Counted from the first letter of the stretch, positions 46,837 through 60,780 are shown. The stretch is DNA of 64,000 bases from Epithemia pelagica (GCA_946965045.2 OX337229.1:5828001-5892000); one strand, 5' to 3'. Notes: a model not told the origin generated them from the sequence alone. Numbers and translations: made by a program.

Positions 46837-47604
46837 AAAAGACAACATTGTATGTGGATTGGAAAAGGAAACGCAACAGAACATGGACGAGTATTGCACA
46901 GTAGTAGTGTGGTTCGGTTGGACATTATGGGGCTTCCTTTCCTTGTTGGTGCAGTAGTGGATTGGGAAGGAGGAGAGAAATCAAAGCGGTGGGGTCTTCT
47001 CGTTCCGTTCCCCCTGGTTGGGAGAAGCAACAAACGATCCTACGTATCTTATATCGCCTTCTCGAGGTTGAGAACAGCGTTCTAGAGTCCGTACAGTCTG
47101 AGAGTCCAAATATTCTGGAGGACAGACAGACTCTTTCGTGGCGAGGATATGTCGTTGCGGGATTGGAGTAGAACGGTTCCTCGCCTCCTGCTCCATGGTT
47201 GGGAGCTTGTACGATTCATCCCCTCCCTCGCGTCTAAAAGGTTCTTGTCGACAAAGTTTGGTAGATACATGTCTTTGTTGTACCCATGTTCGTTTCTGGG
47301 AATAGTCTTTGTTTCGTAGTCGTTGTGTAGTTGTCTAATTTCCAAAGCCATAAGTCTATTGGTAGCGTCTAGAGTGAGGTTTGCATTTCCGAATTTGTGA
47401 CCATGGTGTCATCGTCCGGTAGCACCTGCCGGCGATCACGCGCGCCTCGTTCGAAATTCCCGCCACACTCTCATTCTCACATCGATCTCGAATCGACGAC
47501 AATCGACAACTCAACCAACACAACCTCCCTCCCTCTCTCTCTTGTTTGGTTCGATTGCGTGCCGTCGAACCTGTTGTGGTGTGGTCAAGGTGTTGCTGTT
47601 GAGC

Positions 47605-49312
47605 ATGGCGCGTGATATGGTGGCCGTGGTGGCTGCGGCCGTCCACAATCGAGGCATTGGATATCAAGGACAATTGGTACGACGAACGACAAACACGAGA
47701 GACTCTACCTGGTGTTGTCGTGTCATGTTCTTTTTTTCTAATGGCTGTTGTTTGTTGTGTCTATGTTTCACCCATGTATTCCAGCCATGGCGGATTCCGG
47801 GGGACATGAAACATTTCAAAAAGCTGACCCTGACGCCTCCCTCTCCAGGGTTGGTGAATGCCGTTGTCATGGGTCGCAAAACCTTTGACAGTTTGCCCCG
47901 TCCTCTTCCGGGTCGTACCAATGTGGTCTTGACCACGCAAGGCGAGGACGCATTCCACCTTCCCGAGGGCGTCGTGCGGGCCACTTCCCTCAAGGATGCC
48001 ACGGACCAATTGTCGCACCGCTCCAATCTCGGTCACGTCTTTTGCATTGGAGGAGCCTCCCTGTATCAACAAGCCGTAGAAGAAGGCTATGTGAATCGCA
48101 TTGTGTACACCCAAGTGTCCAATCTACCCAGTGACCAAAAGTTTGACACCTTCTTTCCGGAATTGGACGAAACCGACTGGGAGTGTCGTCCGTTTGGAAC
48201 GGACCAGGAAAGTACCAGTGACGCCAAGGAAAACGATCAGCCGAAAACAACCGAAAATACTGCTGCCACAAAACCCTTGGGGCCCACCATTGCCATGGTC
48301 GAATACCATCGCCGCCCCAATCTCGAAGAACAACAATATTTGGACTTGTGTCGCGACATTCTCGATACGGGCATTCAGCGCGGCGATCGGACCGGGACGG
48401 GCACCTTGTCCAAATTTGGCGCCCAAATGCGCTTTAACCTCAGAAATGGACGATTGCCCCTCTTGACGACCAAACGAACCTTTTGGCGGGGCGTGGCCGA
48501 AGAATTGTTGTGGTTCATTTCGGTAGGTGGTCGTAGTATCGAGTGGATGTTGGTGGTCCGGAGAGTCGGTTTGGGGAATGCTGGTCCTCTCACGCACGTT
48601 TGATGCTCTCTCTTTCTCTCTCTCCTTTTCTTTCGTTTCGTAGGGACGAACCAATGCCAAGGAACTTTCGGACAAGGGCATTCATATTTGGGACGGCAAT
48701 GGTTCTCGGGAATTCTTGGACGCACGGAGCTTGACGCATCGCGAAGAGGGCGATTTGGGACCCGTCTATGGCTTTCAATGGCGTCATTTTGGCGCCCCGT
48801 ACGTGGATATGCATACGGACTATACCGGTCAAGGCGTGGATCAATTGGCCGATTGCCTGCGCAAAATTCGCGACACGCCGGAAGATCGTCGCATTGTCTT
48901 GTCGGCCTGGAATCCGGCCGACGTGGATCAAATGGCCTTGCCGCCCTGTCACATGTTTTGTCAATTCTATGTCGATACGGTCCGCAACGAAGTGTCCTGT
49001 CAAATGTACCAACGCAGTGCCGACATGGGACTGGGCGTTCCCTTCAACATTGCCTCGTATGCCTTGTTGACGCATTTGGTGGCCCACGTGACGGGCCGCC
49101 AACCCGGCGAATTGGTCCATGTCATTGGCGACGCTCATGTCTATTTGAATCATGTCGATGCCCTGCGGGAACAATTGACGCGCACGCCTCGACCCTTTCC
49201 CCGCCTCGAAATTACCACGGCGCGGGACAATATTGATGACTTTTGCTTTGAAGATTTGACCGTGGTCGGATATCGACCCCACAAGAGCATTGCCATGAAA
49301 ATGGCCGTGTAG
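47605..49312 (+). CDS. DHFR-TS: Bifunctional dihydrofolate reductase-thymidylate synthase; join(47605..47676,47785..48522,48644..49312)
   Basis: [31 protein letters not shown]; TS motifs [50 protein letters not shown]. Confidence 0.96.
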
Positions 49313-49480
49313 TATAGGGAATGTGGTAGTAGTATTTCTATTTATAGAATGGACGCAAGCGCCAATTCTACCAAACGAAATGACTGTAGACATGTGTTGG
49401 AAACCAATCCTAGACTATAATATACATATCTCGACGTGTTTCGACCCCGTTCCATTGGTTGTCCTTGTACAAAGAACTCG

Positions 49481-50209
49481 TTAGGATAGGCCACCCGACC
49501 CGACACCCGTCGTCAAGGACGACGACGCGAGTGGATGTTGGTGGGCATCTTCTTCGGTCGACAATCGTTCCAAGGTCCCATTGCGCAAAAAGGGTTCGGC
49601 GTCCGTCACGAGCAAATGGTGCACGGCCCCGAGAGTCCATTCCAAGACCCGGCCCGATTCCAAGACAATGGGTCCATTGTCGTCGCCGTTGACATGAACG
49701 ACTCGCACCGGTATCTTGTCGACCGGTTGCGGAGGATACCGACTGGCCCGCAAATCATCGGACCAACCCGACTCCGTCACGTAGGTCTGTACCAAGCGTT
49801 CATAGGCGGCTCCAAACTCTTGTTCGGCCGGGGACAAGTTGGGCACGGTCGTCCAATCATCCTCTTTGCTGCTGCTGCTACAATCTTCCCAATAGGCCTT
49901 GGTCAGGGCCGACACGCGGTGTTGATGATAGGCGAGCAAACATCGTTTGTTGCGTGCAATGGCATGTTTTTGCAAGAGAATGGACGGCACCACGTTGGAT
50001 GGTAACTTGTCCTGCCCGCCATTGGCTTCCACTTGATCTTGCAAGGCCGTTAAATGCAAGGATAAGTCTTGCAAACACTGTTGCACCAAGCGATCGTTGT
50101 AGGCCGGCAACACACTCATGCTGCTGTTGGTGCCGCCACCACCCCGACTGGGGTCTTGGGATCGCTTGAGTTCCAAAATCAACTCGTGACCGTGCGCGCC
50201 GTATTTCAT
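49481..50209 (-). CDS. PSF1: GINS complex subunit Psf1
   Basis: MKYGAHGHELILELKRS, LPAYND, RNKRCLLAYHQHR, LSPAEQEF, IVLESG; ATG at 50209 within the longer ORF. Confidence 0.85.
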   Translation of the reverse strand: MKYGAHGHELILELKRSQDPSRGGGGTNSSMSVLPAYNDRLVQQCLQDLSLHLTALQDQVEANGGQDKLPSNVVPSILLQKHAIARNKRCLLAYHQHRVSALTKAYWEDCSSSSKEDDWTTVPNLSPAEQEFGAAYERLVQTYVTESGWSDDLRASRYPPQPVDKIPVRVVHVNGDDNGPIVLESGRVLEWTLGAVHHLLVTDAEPFLRNGTLERLSTEEDAHQHPLASSSLTTGVGSGGLS

Positions 50210-50659
50210 GATTCTTCTTCTTCTTTGTTTGAAATATGAGGCGCCGCCCTCTACGACAATCAATATGCTACACCAGAGACAACGACAATAATCTGGAGTA
50301 CAGAAAGAGGATTCCGTGTTAGGATTCGGCCAGAGAAGAGCACAACAACCAGACGACGGCAACTTCCTATTGTTTGTGGAGGCAACCAAAAAAATGTGGC
50401 GCCCGATTCTCGAAAAAGGCGCGCGCGACGCGCACGCCTTCCCCCGCACCGGATCTCTCGTTTCTGACTCGGGACCCACCCCAAAAATGACTGCAATATG
50501 TACCTACCTACTAGGAGTAGCTACCGTAGCTACTCCTAGGAGTAGCGACGAAAGCAAGGAACCAGTGCTAGAATAGGATGTGGTTGGGGACTGTCTGCTG
50601 TTTCCAAAGAAACGAATGTGGTGGGACGGGGGCTCTACACTACAGCGGATACTACTCTA

Positions 50660-52725
50660 CTAGGTAATGGAAAAGGAACTGCTGTGCACTCCATTGGTCG
50701 GATCATGATCGTCATTGTCATCGTCGGGATGGTCGGGAATACCTCCGAGGGAGGTATCGCCCGTACGGGTATTTTGCGACGTGACGGGCATGTATTCGGC
50801 GACAATCCCTCGCACTTGATGTTGGAGCATGGCATTGTGTCGTCGCGATTGAATGACAAAAATGGCGACAAACAAGAGGACAAAGGCCGCCAGGACGGTC
50901 CCAAAGACATGGATTGGGACATTGCCCGACAAGGCATTGTCCGAGACGGCTTGACCATTGACCATGACGCGACACGATCCATATTCGACACAATCCAATT
51001 CATCGCCACAATCGGCACAAGTCAAACACACGGCGGGTTCCGATCCGGGAGCAAAGCCGGAACAGACCGCCTTGAGGACCGTCGCAAACGATAACGAACC
51101 ATGAATGACGGCTTGATTGACCACCAAGGAGGGAATGAGAACGACTCCGGCGGCTCGTTGATCGAGCAATTCTTGATCCAACAAGGTATTGGCGACCGTG
51201 GCATTTTCTGACAAGGGGCCCGATGTTTCCATACACTTGTTGATCCGGTTTTCATCAATTTGCGCCGTGACCATGGAAAAGGCGACACAATCAGGATCGT
51301 TGAATTTGAGTCGAATGGGTTGTCCTTCGGGAGGAATCTCGTCCGTCGGACACGAATCAATAAAGGCGGCCACATAATCCCACCAGGCTTGTCCAATGCC
51401 ATCTTGACCATAGGTTTGCCAAATACACAGTCGTCTTAAGGCTTCTTGGACGACATCGGCCCCCGACGATCCCAAATTCATGTCATCGTCGGGATCCATG
51501 GCACAATACCGGCCACTGTTGACACACAAATTGCCACAATCATTGCCCATGGTGAGTTCCGATTGACATCCGGCCAAAATGCCATCGTAGATGTAGGGAT
51601 GTGGTTTGAAGGAGGCCCGATCGCCCAAGGCACTGGCGGCCAAGCCAAAGGTTTGTTCCAAGGCCCGTGAAACGACATCGGACGGATCGGTCCACAATTG
51701 ATATTCGACTCGAGCGTCGGGTGCCGGCACTTTGAAGGACATTTGAGCTCGGACATGTTGATTGCGTTGCAAGACGTCCTTGATTTCATCGGCATCTTCC
51801 TTAAAGAGCAAAAAACTGGGAATGGAAACATCGGAACCACTCCCATCGTCGGCCATGAGAGGTTCGACAATTTCACATTGTTCATTGTCCCCCAATTCAC
51901 AATTGTCATGACTGCACAAACAGGTGTCGTCGGCAATCAACACGGCCGAGGCACCGGCTTTTTGGGCATGTCGCACTTTGATGACAAAGGAACAGCCGCC
52001 CCGATCGACGAGTAAGATAAAGGGTGGTTTCCACGCACTGCCATCCGTGCGTTGCGGATAGCCACCCTTGGGGTTGATTTCATTGACATTGCACAAGTCA
52101 GTATCGGCATAATAGACCGGTTGTTGAATACTCCCACCGTAGGGGGGAATGCCAAACAAGGCATCCCGATGATCGTACCCCTTGCCCGGTTTGGTTAAGG
52201 AAGGAGGAATCTAGGTAGGTCGGACACGAAAAACAAGAGGATTGTTGTTGTTGTGGTTGTAGTAGGAAAGGAACAAGAATGTACGGATTTCGAGAATCAT
52301 GGAGACCGTCGATCGAGAGGAGAACACATGGTGTACATAGATGTGTGTGTGTTTGAGAGGTTTCGTTGGTCGGCATTGATTTCGTACACGACGTGTATCG
52401 ACGAGGGAGAGGTTCGTAGTGTGTGAGGGTTGGATGCATCCCCAAACAGACACGACCGACCCAGAACAAGGTTTCATTCATGTATGTATGTATGTATTGC
52501 GAGAGCAACATAGATCGTGAGAGACACCAACACACAAACAAGTCCATATCCAGGAACAGACGTCTTCTGCGTCTTCATCGCCATGCATCCATCCAGCAAC
52601 ACCAACCAACGTACCAAGATTTGAAATTTACTCGTCTGAACTGCCTCTGCCAAACCACCATAATATACGGCAACCACCACCCACAAAACGAGGCTCCATG
52701 CCCGAGACGGTGGTGCTACTCCCAT
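50660..52725 (-). CDS. Vacuolar sorting receptor-like protein (PA domain, type I membrane); 5' exon structure only partly resolved
   Basis: ALFGIPPYGG, LLVDRGGCSFVIKVRHAQKAGASAVLIAD, MADDG, CVNSGRYCAMDP, VLKAVCSGF, TM segment and tail EYMPV; signal-like exon near 52630-52725. Confidence 0.85.
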
Positions 52726-53399
52726 TATGATTCTGTGAATGCGTCTGGTTCCCCAATCCCAATTCTCCCAAGATCTTTAGCGTCGTAGTAGACAAGAGGT
52801 GCGTTTATTTCTCTTGCCGTCGTCGTCGTTACGGGAACGAGAATCGTGAAACAATGCGCCAAAGACGAAGAAACACAGAAAGTTGCCCCCCGGCCTCGTA
52901 AAGGGTTGAGGGTATTATATTCAAAAAATTTTGAAAAAAGATCGCACACCCTGCATGCACACAAGACGAAAAAACTCTATGTGAACTTTTCGGATTATTT
53001 GGTTTCATTCTCCTTTCCATCACCACAGCAAAGAAACATGCCATGGTCCTGCCCCTATCTCTTTTGTTTCCGTGCATCTAGAAGGAGAAGCATCAATCCT
53101 TGCTGGAATAAAGCAATCCATTGGAACGGGTCAAACCATATTTTTCGTTTTGAGCTAAGTATATATAACCAAAAATCCCCTTTTGAGCACCAGCGGTTTG
53201 GCGCAGAGGAAGCGTGTTGGGCTCATAACCCAAAGGTCCGTCGATCGAAACGACGAACCGCTATCTGTTTTTGCTTTTCTCTATCTTTTTCCTTATCTAT
53301 TCGATCCAGGTTCTTCATCTAGGTTCTGGGTGTTGTCGTCTAATGATGATTGTAATATTGTCGTCTATTGATGATAGTATACTTACTTGTATACTTTCT

Positions 53400-54823
53400 C
53401 TACTTGTTCCAATTGTAATAGACGGAAAAGGATTGTTCCAAAAAGGCTCCAAAGGTCATGCCATTTTCCGTCCATCGGTCGGCCAGAGGTGGTACTTGAC
53501 GACTGGTCCGTGCCGCTTGCAAGACGTGGTCCCGGGACGATCCGGGTGGAACCGACAATGGAAAGTTGGGTGGTGTATCGACAAAGCAGGGCAAGGAAAT
53601 GCGGGCAATTCGTGACGACGACGACAATGGACGACAGGCACGCACACAATGGGGAGTCGCGGCCACGACTCCCCCCGTGACAATTTGCGTACATTCCCCA
53701 ATTTGGACGGCAACACAATCCAATGGCAAGGCAATGTGTTGACATTCCTGGTTCCGATCCAAGACATACAAGCCCGCGTCGGGGTCGGGATTCGAGACCC
53801 TTTCCCCCGTGTCGTCATTGACAAAGAGATCGCCCGCCAAGGCGGTCAAAAATCCCGAATCATTGTGCCAACTATATTAGGTAATGAACCATTGAGACAC
53901 ACACACAACGGACCCACGAGAGCAAGAGTCAGAACACTGTTGTGTGTGGGTATATCGAGTTGCGGTTCCCAGTTTCTCCCCACCCAAAACTAGAGCAAAC
54001 ATAAGACACTCGAACAACGCTCACAGGCGCCAATACGAATCCTCGAGCCATGCACACACACGCTTAAGTACGAAACGACGTACCCAATCCACGAGTCTTC
54101 GGACACGGACATGGCTTGGGATGGTTCCCCATCCTCTCCTTGCTGTGGCTGTTGCTGCAAGGGAAAGTAATACAAGAGTCGCGCCTTGGATTTGGGGGTT
54201 CCCTGCAGGGCCTGGTAGAGAAACCGGTGTGGATAGTGGGGCACCTTGTGGTGCGCCAAGGCATCCACGTGTTTGGACAGTTCCGTTACGACCGTCGTGA
54301 GAATCCGACCCAGTCGAATGGCCTCGTGTCGAAAGTGGGGGAGTTTGGATTCGTCGGGCCACTTGTTGTTGGGATACGATAAGGGATACTGTTGACGATC
54401 CTCGGCACTGCCCGGTGTATCGGTAATGGGATTGTAATAAAAGGATCCCTTGGCCAAGTCTGGTTCATCTCCCAGCTTTTCCTTCCCATACGACCATCCG
54501 GCATTGTACAAGGACGCTGGATCGGTCAATTCCTCTTCCAAATAGTCGGCTGGCAAATGAGCCAACGGATGCGCCAGGGGCAAAAAAGCTTGTTTGGCAG
54601 CACAAAAGTCGGGAACGTTGCGAATGGCGACCAAACCAATGCCATTTGGTCCCAAAGAACGCTCCAAGACGGATAAGAGTTGTGGCGTTGTTTCGTCGGA
54701 AGCGACATGGTCCCATTCCAAAATTTCCACTACTTTGGAAGACGATGACGATGAAGACGAGGCATTGGGAGGATGGGTAGAGGACTGTGATACAGTATTT
54801 GTCGTCGTCGTCGTCGTCGTCAT
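53400..54823 (-). CDS. 2OG-Fe(II) dioxygenase, isopenicillin N synthase-like; complement(join(53400..53871,54084..54823))
   Basis: GIGLVAIRNVP, GWSYGKEKL, KGSFYYNP, RLLYYFP, spliced IGWHNDSGFLT (HxD), ATPHCV, RISLPCF. Confidence 0.88.
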
Positions 54824-55297
54824 GGTGTGTGGATTCTCCAACACACAAGGTGTCAGAAATGGAATGACACAAAAATGAGAGAGGGACATGCCAAACCCGT
54901 GATTGTGCAAGTCCCGCGTACCAACGGAGGACGAAGATCCGTTAGACGTTGTAGACGTTACGCCGTCCCTTTCGTTGGTTGTAGTTATTGTACAACAGAC
55001 TAGAATCCAATTGACACATGCCCATTCAGAAATCTTTGTCGGCGCGCGCAGGTGCGCCACATCCCCAAGGAAAAAGCATCGAGCGCAACTCGTTGCTCCA
55101 CCCTCTCATCCTTCGTCGAGACATGTGTCGTCTGCATCATCGATCAACGACCAAAAATTTTCCGTAGAGACATTGCAAAACGGCATTGCTGTTGCTACGA
55201 TATACTCTGTGTCATTTCTTCCAACCAAAGGACTCTCCCTTTGCTCTCTACTAGAGTGTGTGTTTGATCCATAAGGACCCATTCGAATAGCATCATC

Positions 55298-56311
55298 ATG
55301 ACGGACAAAAAGATTGACGAGCACGAGATTGAAGAGCAGATACACAACAAAGCGGAGGATGGCGATTTCAAGGAGGCCATTCAAGAGGATGACGACGAGG
55401 GTGTCACGGGCGACTTTAAGGTGACGGCGGAAGAACTTGCCATTATTCGGGCCGATTTGGCCACGGAATTTCCCGATGACTTTACGTATTTGTCGGATGC
55501 CTACATTTTGTCGGTGGCCAGCAAGCCGTACAGCAAAGACCCGACGAAGCGACGTCCTTTGGAATATTCGCAAGAAAAACTCACGCATTTGATGCAGTGG
55601 CGTGCCGAGAATGGAGCGGCCGATTTGGAAGATTTGGTGAAATTGGCGAATGGGTCTCCCTATGCACCGGAAGCGGTGGAAGACCCGGAAAAGTTGACCA
55701 AGGCCAAGGCGATTGTGACGGCCCTCAATTACGGCTCCATGTATTGGCACGGTTATACCAAGGACGGTCAACCCATTTTGTGGGTCCGCACCAACCGAAA
55801 GCCGTGGTACCCGGACGTGGATGCCGAAGTGAATGCCCTCATGCTCATGGCCGATGCCGGTGTCCGGGCCATGCCCGAGGGCGTGACCGACTTTGTGGCC
55901 ATTTGCGAATCGAGTTACCCCCCGCCGCCCAATCCCACCTTTTTGATCAATGTCTTGAAGGCCCTCGTCCGTGGCTACCCCGATCGCCTCAAGAATTTGA
56001 TTTCCGCACCGGTTAGTTCGATTGTGCAGTTTGTCATGAATCTCTTGTTGCCGCTCATGCCGGGACGGTTGGCGTCCAAGCTCATACTGTTAAGCACAGA
56101 GACGATTCAGGACAAGTTGAAACAAGTCTTGTTGAATGGGGAAGCGGATATTCCCAACTTTTTTGGTGGTCCAGCAGATCACGATGTATATTTTCCAGAA
56201 GAAGGCAAGTGTCCCAACAGAGGCGAGGGCACGCTCAAGTTTGATTATTTCAATATGGTGGATCGAATGGAACAATTCAAGAAGGAATACGAAGCCGCCG
56301 CCAAAAAATAG
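55298..56311 (+). CDS. CRAL-TRIO/Sec14-like lipid-binding domain protein
   Basis: LMQWR, YWHGYTKDGQPILWVR, GYPDRLKNL, LLPLMPGRLASKL, IPNFFGG. Confidence 0.75.
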   Translation: MTDKKIDEHEIEEQIHNKAEDGDFKEAIQEDDDEGVTGDFKVTAEELAIIRADLATEFPDDFTYLSDAYILSVASKPYSKDPTKRRPLEYSQEKLTHLMQWRAENGAADLEDLVKLANGSPYAPEAVEDPEKLTKAKAIVTALNYGSMYWHGYTKDGQPILWVRTNRKPWYPDVDAEVNALMLMADAGVRAMPEGVTDFVAICESSYPPPPNPTFLINVLKALVRGYPDRLKNLISAPVSSIVQFVMNLLLPLMPGRLASKLILLSTETIQDKLKQVLLNGEADIPNFFGGPADHDVYFPEEGKCPNRGEGTLKFDYFNMVDRMEQFKKEYEAAAKK

Positions 56312-56611
56312 AAGCGAGCGTGGTGCTGGAACTCGTTCTTCTATCGAAAATATTACTTAGTAAATTCAATCCTGTCATAGTTTTCCGTGTGTGGTAGAAT
56401 CGATCGGTGGACCCATGAGGGTGTTTGATGATTCATTGCCACGTTCGATAAAGACCTCGTAACGTTCGTGCCGGAATGACTTCCCTCCATACTACAATAC
56501 TATCTATTAGGGCTAGATACAATGGTTCGTAGCAAAAAAAGAATGTCATTTGTATAGTTCTTTGTTTTTCTCTAATTTTAGGTATGCTCTTGTTGTTCTT
56601 GTTGGTTGCTC

Positions 56612-57547
56612 CTAAAAGACTACCGTATCGAGCATGGTTCCGAGGCATTGTATGATACTGGCGGACATGAGATCGGCAACTTTGGCTTCCAAATGTCGTT
56701 TGGGATCAATTTTGCCGACATTGTCGACCTCCACTTGTTCCATGGTTTTGCCTTCTTCTTGTTGAACGCGATCGTTGTAGGCCGCGGTCAATTTGAGCAT
56801 TTGATCCATGATTGTTTGGGTGGATTCCTGAAAGTCTTGAAAGGGTGTCACCTTGAGTCCCGTCGTCCAATTGCGCTTGTGCAAATTTTGGAGCATTTGT
56901 TCTTCCAATTCGTTCTTGCGATAATCAATGACAATGCTGTAATAATGGCGATTGAGACCGTGAATCAAGGCTTGAATACTGGGTTTTTGCAAATGACCAA
57001 TGTTGGACGTGGTTTGTCGGGGTTCTTGTCCCAACATCATGAGTTGCGGATTAATGAGTCGGAAACAGTCAATGACCACCTTGCCCTTGACGGATTGAAC
57101 GGGATCCAGGACGAGGGCGACGGCGCGGGGATTGAGGGATTCAAAACTGGATTGAGTATTGATATCGGTCGAGGACAACCAACATCCAAAACCGGGATGC
57201 GAATGATACCACCCCACCACCATTTCGGGTCGTCCCGTTTGTTTGAGCATGTCCACCATTTCGGTTTGAAAAATGTGATCGACCGATTCGACACTGACGG
57301 TCGTGCCGGATTGCGGCATGGCAAAGACATCGACGCAATGAATGGTATATTCATCGACAAATTGTCCCAACATGAGACCCATCACTTCCATGGGCACCCC
57401 GGCACGACCGTGCTTGAGCATTTTCAACAAGGCCAAACTACTCACATGCACCTTTTCGGCACAATCGGGCGTGGGAGAATCGCCGCCCATGGCCGCGCCC
57501 ATGCCACCTGCTGGCATGCCACGCATGAGTTGCTGCAACCGTTCCAT
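56612..57547 (-). CDS. RPN11: 26S proteasome deubiquitinase subunit Rpn11 (JAMM/MPN+)
   Basis: [44 protein letters not shown]; ATG at 57547. Confidence 0.97.
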   Translation of the reverse strand: MERLQQLMRGMPAGGMGAAMGGDSPTPDCAEKVHVSSLALLKMLKHGRAGVPMEVMGLMLGQFVDEYTIHCVDVFAMPQSGTTVSVESVDHIFQTEMVDMLKQTGRPEMVVGWYHSHPGFGCWLSSTDINTQSSFESLNPRAVALVLDPVQSVKGKVVIDCFRLINPQLMMLGQEPRQTTSNIGHLQKPSIQALIHGLNRHYYSIVIDYRKNELEEQMLQNLHKRNWTTGLKVTPFQDFQESTQTIMDQMLKLTAAYNDRVQQEEGKTMEQVEVDNVGKIDPKRHLEAKVADLMSASIIQCLGTMLDTVVF

Positions 57548-58575
57548 AATGTGTAGTAGTTTTAGGAGTAGTTGGTCGTTTGTTGGTTCGGTTTCGATGG
57601 ACTGGCTATACTCCGGCAAGCAAAAAGTATTACACCATTGCCATTTGCCACTTTTCTCCTTGCCCCAAAGATTGCAAAGGATGCCAGACGATGATGCGAC
57701 CCAAACACGGATCATCTGATGACGTCCGAAGGTCAGACGTTGGGGGAGGACGCAGAGCGCAGCTCGGGAGTTGTGTGAAGTTGTGTGGTTGGTGGTTGGA
57801 TGCATCGATCGTTGTTGGCTGTTGGCGCTCACCAATCACAAGTTGCGATTTGCGATGCCGACAATGCAGATGCATCCGCCTCCTCCCATCTTTTCTTTTG
57901 GTGTCTCCGCCTCCTCCACCTCCATCGCGCTGTCATCATGATGGGTTGGAGCGAGTGTGATCCTGTGCTGTGATCCCGCCTTGATATGCCTAGACAGAAA
58001 CACACAACCAAAGAAGGGCCAACACGGACTGGGACTGATTGAATGATGATCGTGTGTGGTCTTGTGGTGTAGTGCGGAATGCCACAACCAACCAATCAAA
58101 AGAGAGACGAGAGGACCAACACAGTATCATTATCATGTACGAGTATGTGCAACCCCAACAACCAACAAGCAGAAGAAGATGAAGAAGAAGACACGTCCTA
58201 TATAGTAAATGATGTGAGGATTCGGGTTGTCCGACTGTGTTTCAAGAGAAAAAAGAGACATTTTCGAACGGACTCTCTCTCTCTCTCTCCACAACGTTTG
58301 ACCACACTATAAGCCTTACTTGGTGGTGTGGGACTGTGTGGGAATCAACTCATCATCCCATTACTCTACTTCAGTGTCATTTCTGTAGTAGTATTGGATC
58401 CACATCTTTCGATTGGAATGGAATGGATGATTTCATGAATAGAAAAAGAAGACGACGACAAAACTCAAAGATCTCCTAGTTTTTGGGAGAGTCGTCTCTT
58501 GCTCTCATATTTTCGTCCCACAGTTTTTGTTCTTTGTCGGGAACACACACACACTGAAACATCCAACGAAAAAGA

Positions 58576-60339
58576 ATGACCAGTATTGCTCCTCCTCCCT
58601 CTACCGACCATGTTGGCACCACTCCAAACCACAACGACAACGATAACAACGCCTCGTCTCAGTCGTCGTCCTCCTATCATCCGGGTGAGTCTTTTTATTA
58701 TTCGTCGGAATTCTTGTCTCACATGACACCCGACGATGCCTACGAATTGGTGATTCGCAATGCCTTGGCCTATCAAGAAGAACCATCAGGCAATAAGGAT
58801 GGCAGTGGCAGTATTCCTCCCTGTCTCTTGACGCATGGATGGGCCACCAGTCCAGCCCGTATCCCCTCGTCGTCGAGCTCTTGTACGACTACTACAACTC
58901 CTGAAACAACCACACCAACAACCATGGAAGAGGACGACAAACCCAGTCTAACGTCCTCATGGAAGACGATCCGAGCATCCACCCAACAGTCGTCCTCCTT
59001 GTCGTCGTCGTCGGCGGTGGTGGTGCGGGACGGGCAAGTGCAACGCCAAGATGTCTTGATTGGCCGGGGCGGATACTCTCGTCATCATCCCGGCAATCGT
59101 GTCTATCGACGATTGGTGGCCTTGAATCGAGGAACCTACCACGAATTGGCGGCCCAAGAACAAGAACTCCAGCAGCAACAACAACAACAAGAACAAACAA
59201 AGGACTCCCAGAAGAAGATGAAGAATGACAAGAACAAAGACACAACCACCGCAACAAAGAACTCCTCCGGAAACGTTTGGTTGTTGCGAGATCGATTGGT
59301 CGATTCCATTGTCTTGGCCATTTTGCATCAAGGCGGTCGCTTTTTGAAACGGGTTCCAGTTGCGACTACTGCTGGGAAGGACCATGAAACGACACGAGGA
59401 CAACTCAAAGAAGAGTCTGCTTGTGGTTGGCAAGAAGTTTCGTATCAGCATGCCTTTCGCAAAACCAAACAGGCCCTCAAAGATTCCATCGCCGCCGCAA
59501 AAACAACAACCACCACGGCTGGGCGGGGTCGCAAACGAGTCTCCCCCAAACAACGAGCCGCCGCCAAAGCCAAAACGACAACGACGCCCTCATTATCATC
59601 ATCATCCACGTCCTCCTCGCGGTCTCGTCGCACTGCGAAGGCGGGAACAGAAGAAATGGCGGTGGATCCCACTCCTCCAACAAACAACAATCCCACTCCT
59701 CCAACGAACAACAAGAACAACAACATTTCCCCAACCAACACGGCGGCGTACGACAATGAGAAAAAACACCAGGACAACAACCACCAGGACGACAACAACA
59801 ACAACCGTCCCTGCGGCAACACAACCACAAACGAGAAGGAGCAACCTTTGAAGCTGCAGGACCACCACCCAGACGACGACGCATCCATGTCGGAATCACC
59901 ACTAAAACCAGATTCGTGTCCACCACCACCGTCCTGGTCCGACGGGCCGCAACCACAACAACAACAACAACCGCAGCAACCACACGATGCCGACAAGTTT
60001 CATGCCATGAAACAAGCGTGGCACCGACGACAACAACAAGCAGAACAAGATGATTATGATGATGAAGAAGCAAAAGATGATGAGGAGGAGGAAGACTACA
60101 AAGATGAAGAACCATGTCGTCGTCCCCAAGAGTCGCAACAACAAGAACCACAAGAGAAACCTCAAGACCCTTGCACCACCATTCGTACTATTACTACTAT
60201 GAGTAGGACTCGTACCAGCAACAACAGCACGACGGCTGGTGCTACGACGACTCGGTCATCCAGTTCCACCGGTCCTCTTGCTCCTCCCCCACGCTTTCCC
60301 CATCCTCCTCCCGTTCCCGTCTTTTGCCGGACGCTCTAA
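58576..60339 (+). CDS. DUF6824-type protein (diatom-expanded family) with low-complexity flanks
   Basis: DVLIGRGGYSRHHPGNRVYRRLV...IVLAILHQGGRFLKR...WQEV...FRKTKQALKD pattern. Confidence 0.72.
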   Translation: MTSIAPPPSTDHVGTTPNHNDNDNNASSQSSSSYHPGESFYYSSEFLSHMTPDDAYELVIRNALAYQEEPSGNKDGSGSIPPCLLTHGWATSPARIPSSSSSCTTTTTPETTTPTTMEEDDKPSLTSSWKTIRASTQQSSSLSSSSAVVVRDGQVQRQDVLIGRGGYSRHHPGNRVYRRLVALNRGTYHELAAQEQELQQQQQQQEQTKDSQKKMKNDKNKDTTTATKNSSGNVWLLRDRLVDSIVLAILHQGGRFLKRVPVATTAGKDHETTRGQLKEESACGWQEVSYQHAFRKTKQALKDSIAAAKTTTTTAGRGRKRVSPKQRAAAKAKTTTTPSLSSSSTSSSRSRRTAKAGTEEMAVDPTPPTNNNPTPPTNNKNNNISPTNTAAYDNEKKHQDNNHQDDNNNNRPCGNTTTNEKEQPLKLQDHHPDDDASMSESPLKPDSCPPPPSWSDGPQPQQQQQPQQPHDADKFHAMKQAWHRRQQQAEQDDYDDEEAKDDEEEEDYKDEEPCRRPQESQQQEPQEKPQDPCTTIRTITTMSRTRTSNNSTTAGATTTRSSSSTGPLAPPPRFPHPPPVPVFCRTL

Positions 60340-60780
60340 TGAGAAAGAAGCATTGTGCTTCGTCGTCCTTTCAAAAAGAACAGGGCAGGAAGAACGAGAG
60401 GGCGGATACTACTACTATCCGTACTCTTGTGTGTGGTTGTTGTCGTAACCGGGGGAAGGAACAAACCAAAGAGAGAGAGAAAAAGAGCGAGAAAAAAACA
60501 CAACAGAAGAAACCAAAACAAGAATATTGGAACATGGGAGTTGTTTTGTGGAGATGCACACGCCAGTTATTCGCCTAGTGAGCCATGTCGATCATACAGT
60601 ATACTATAGTAACAGAGAGAGATTGAGAGTCCAACGATATTCTAGTGTACAAAAGGGTGAGACGATGGAGTTTGTGTTTTGCGTACCACTGCACACCATA
60701 TCCTATAGGACTACTACGATGGACACCAACGATACGATGAAACCTTGCGCGTATCCGGAAGGTTGGTTTCTGTTTAACAA

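Noticed and set aside
53400-54823. Host IPNS-like 2OG oxygenase as the source of the transposon cargo
   Set aside because: Different motif spacing and N-terminal domain, with no visible sequence similarity
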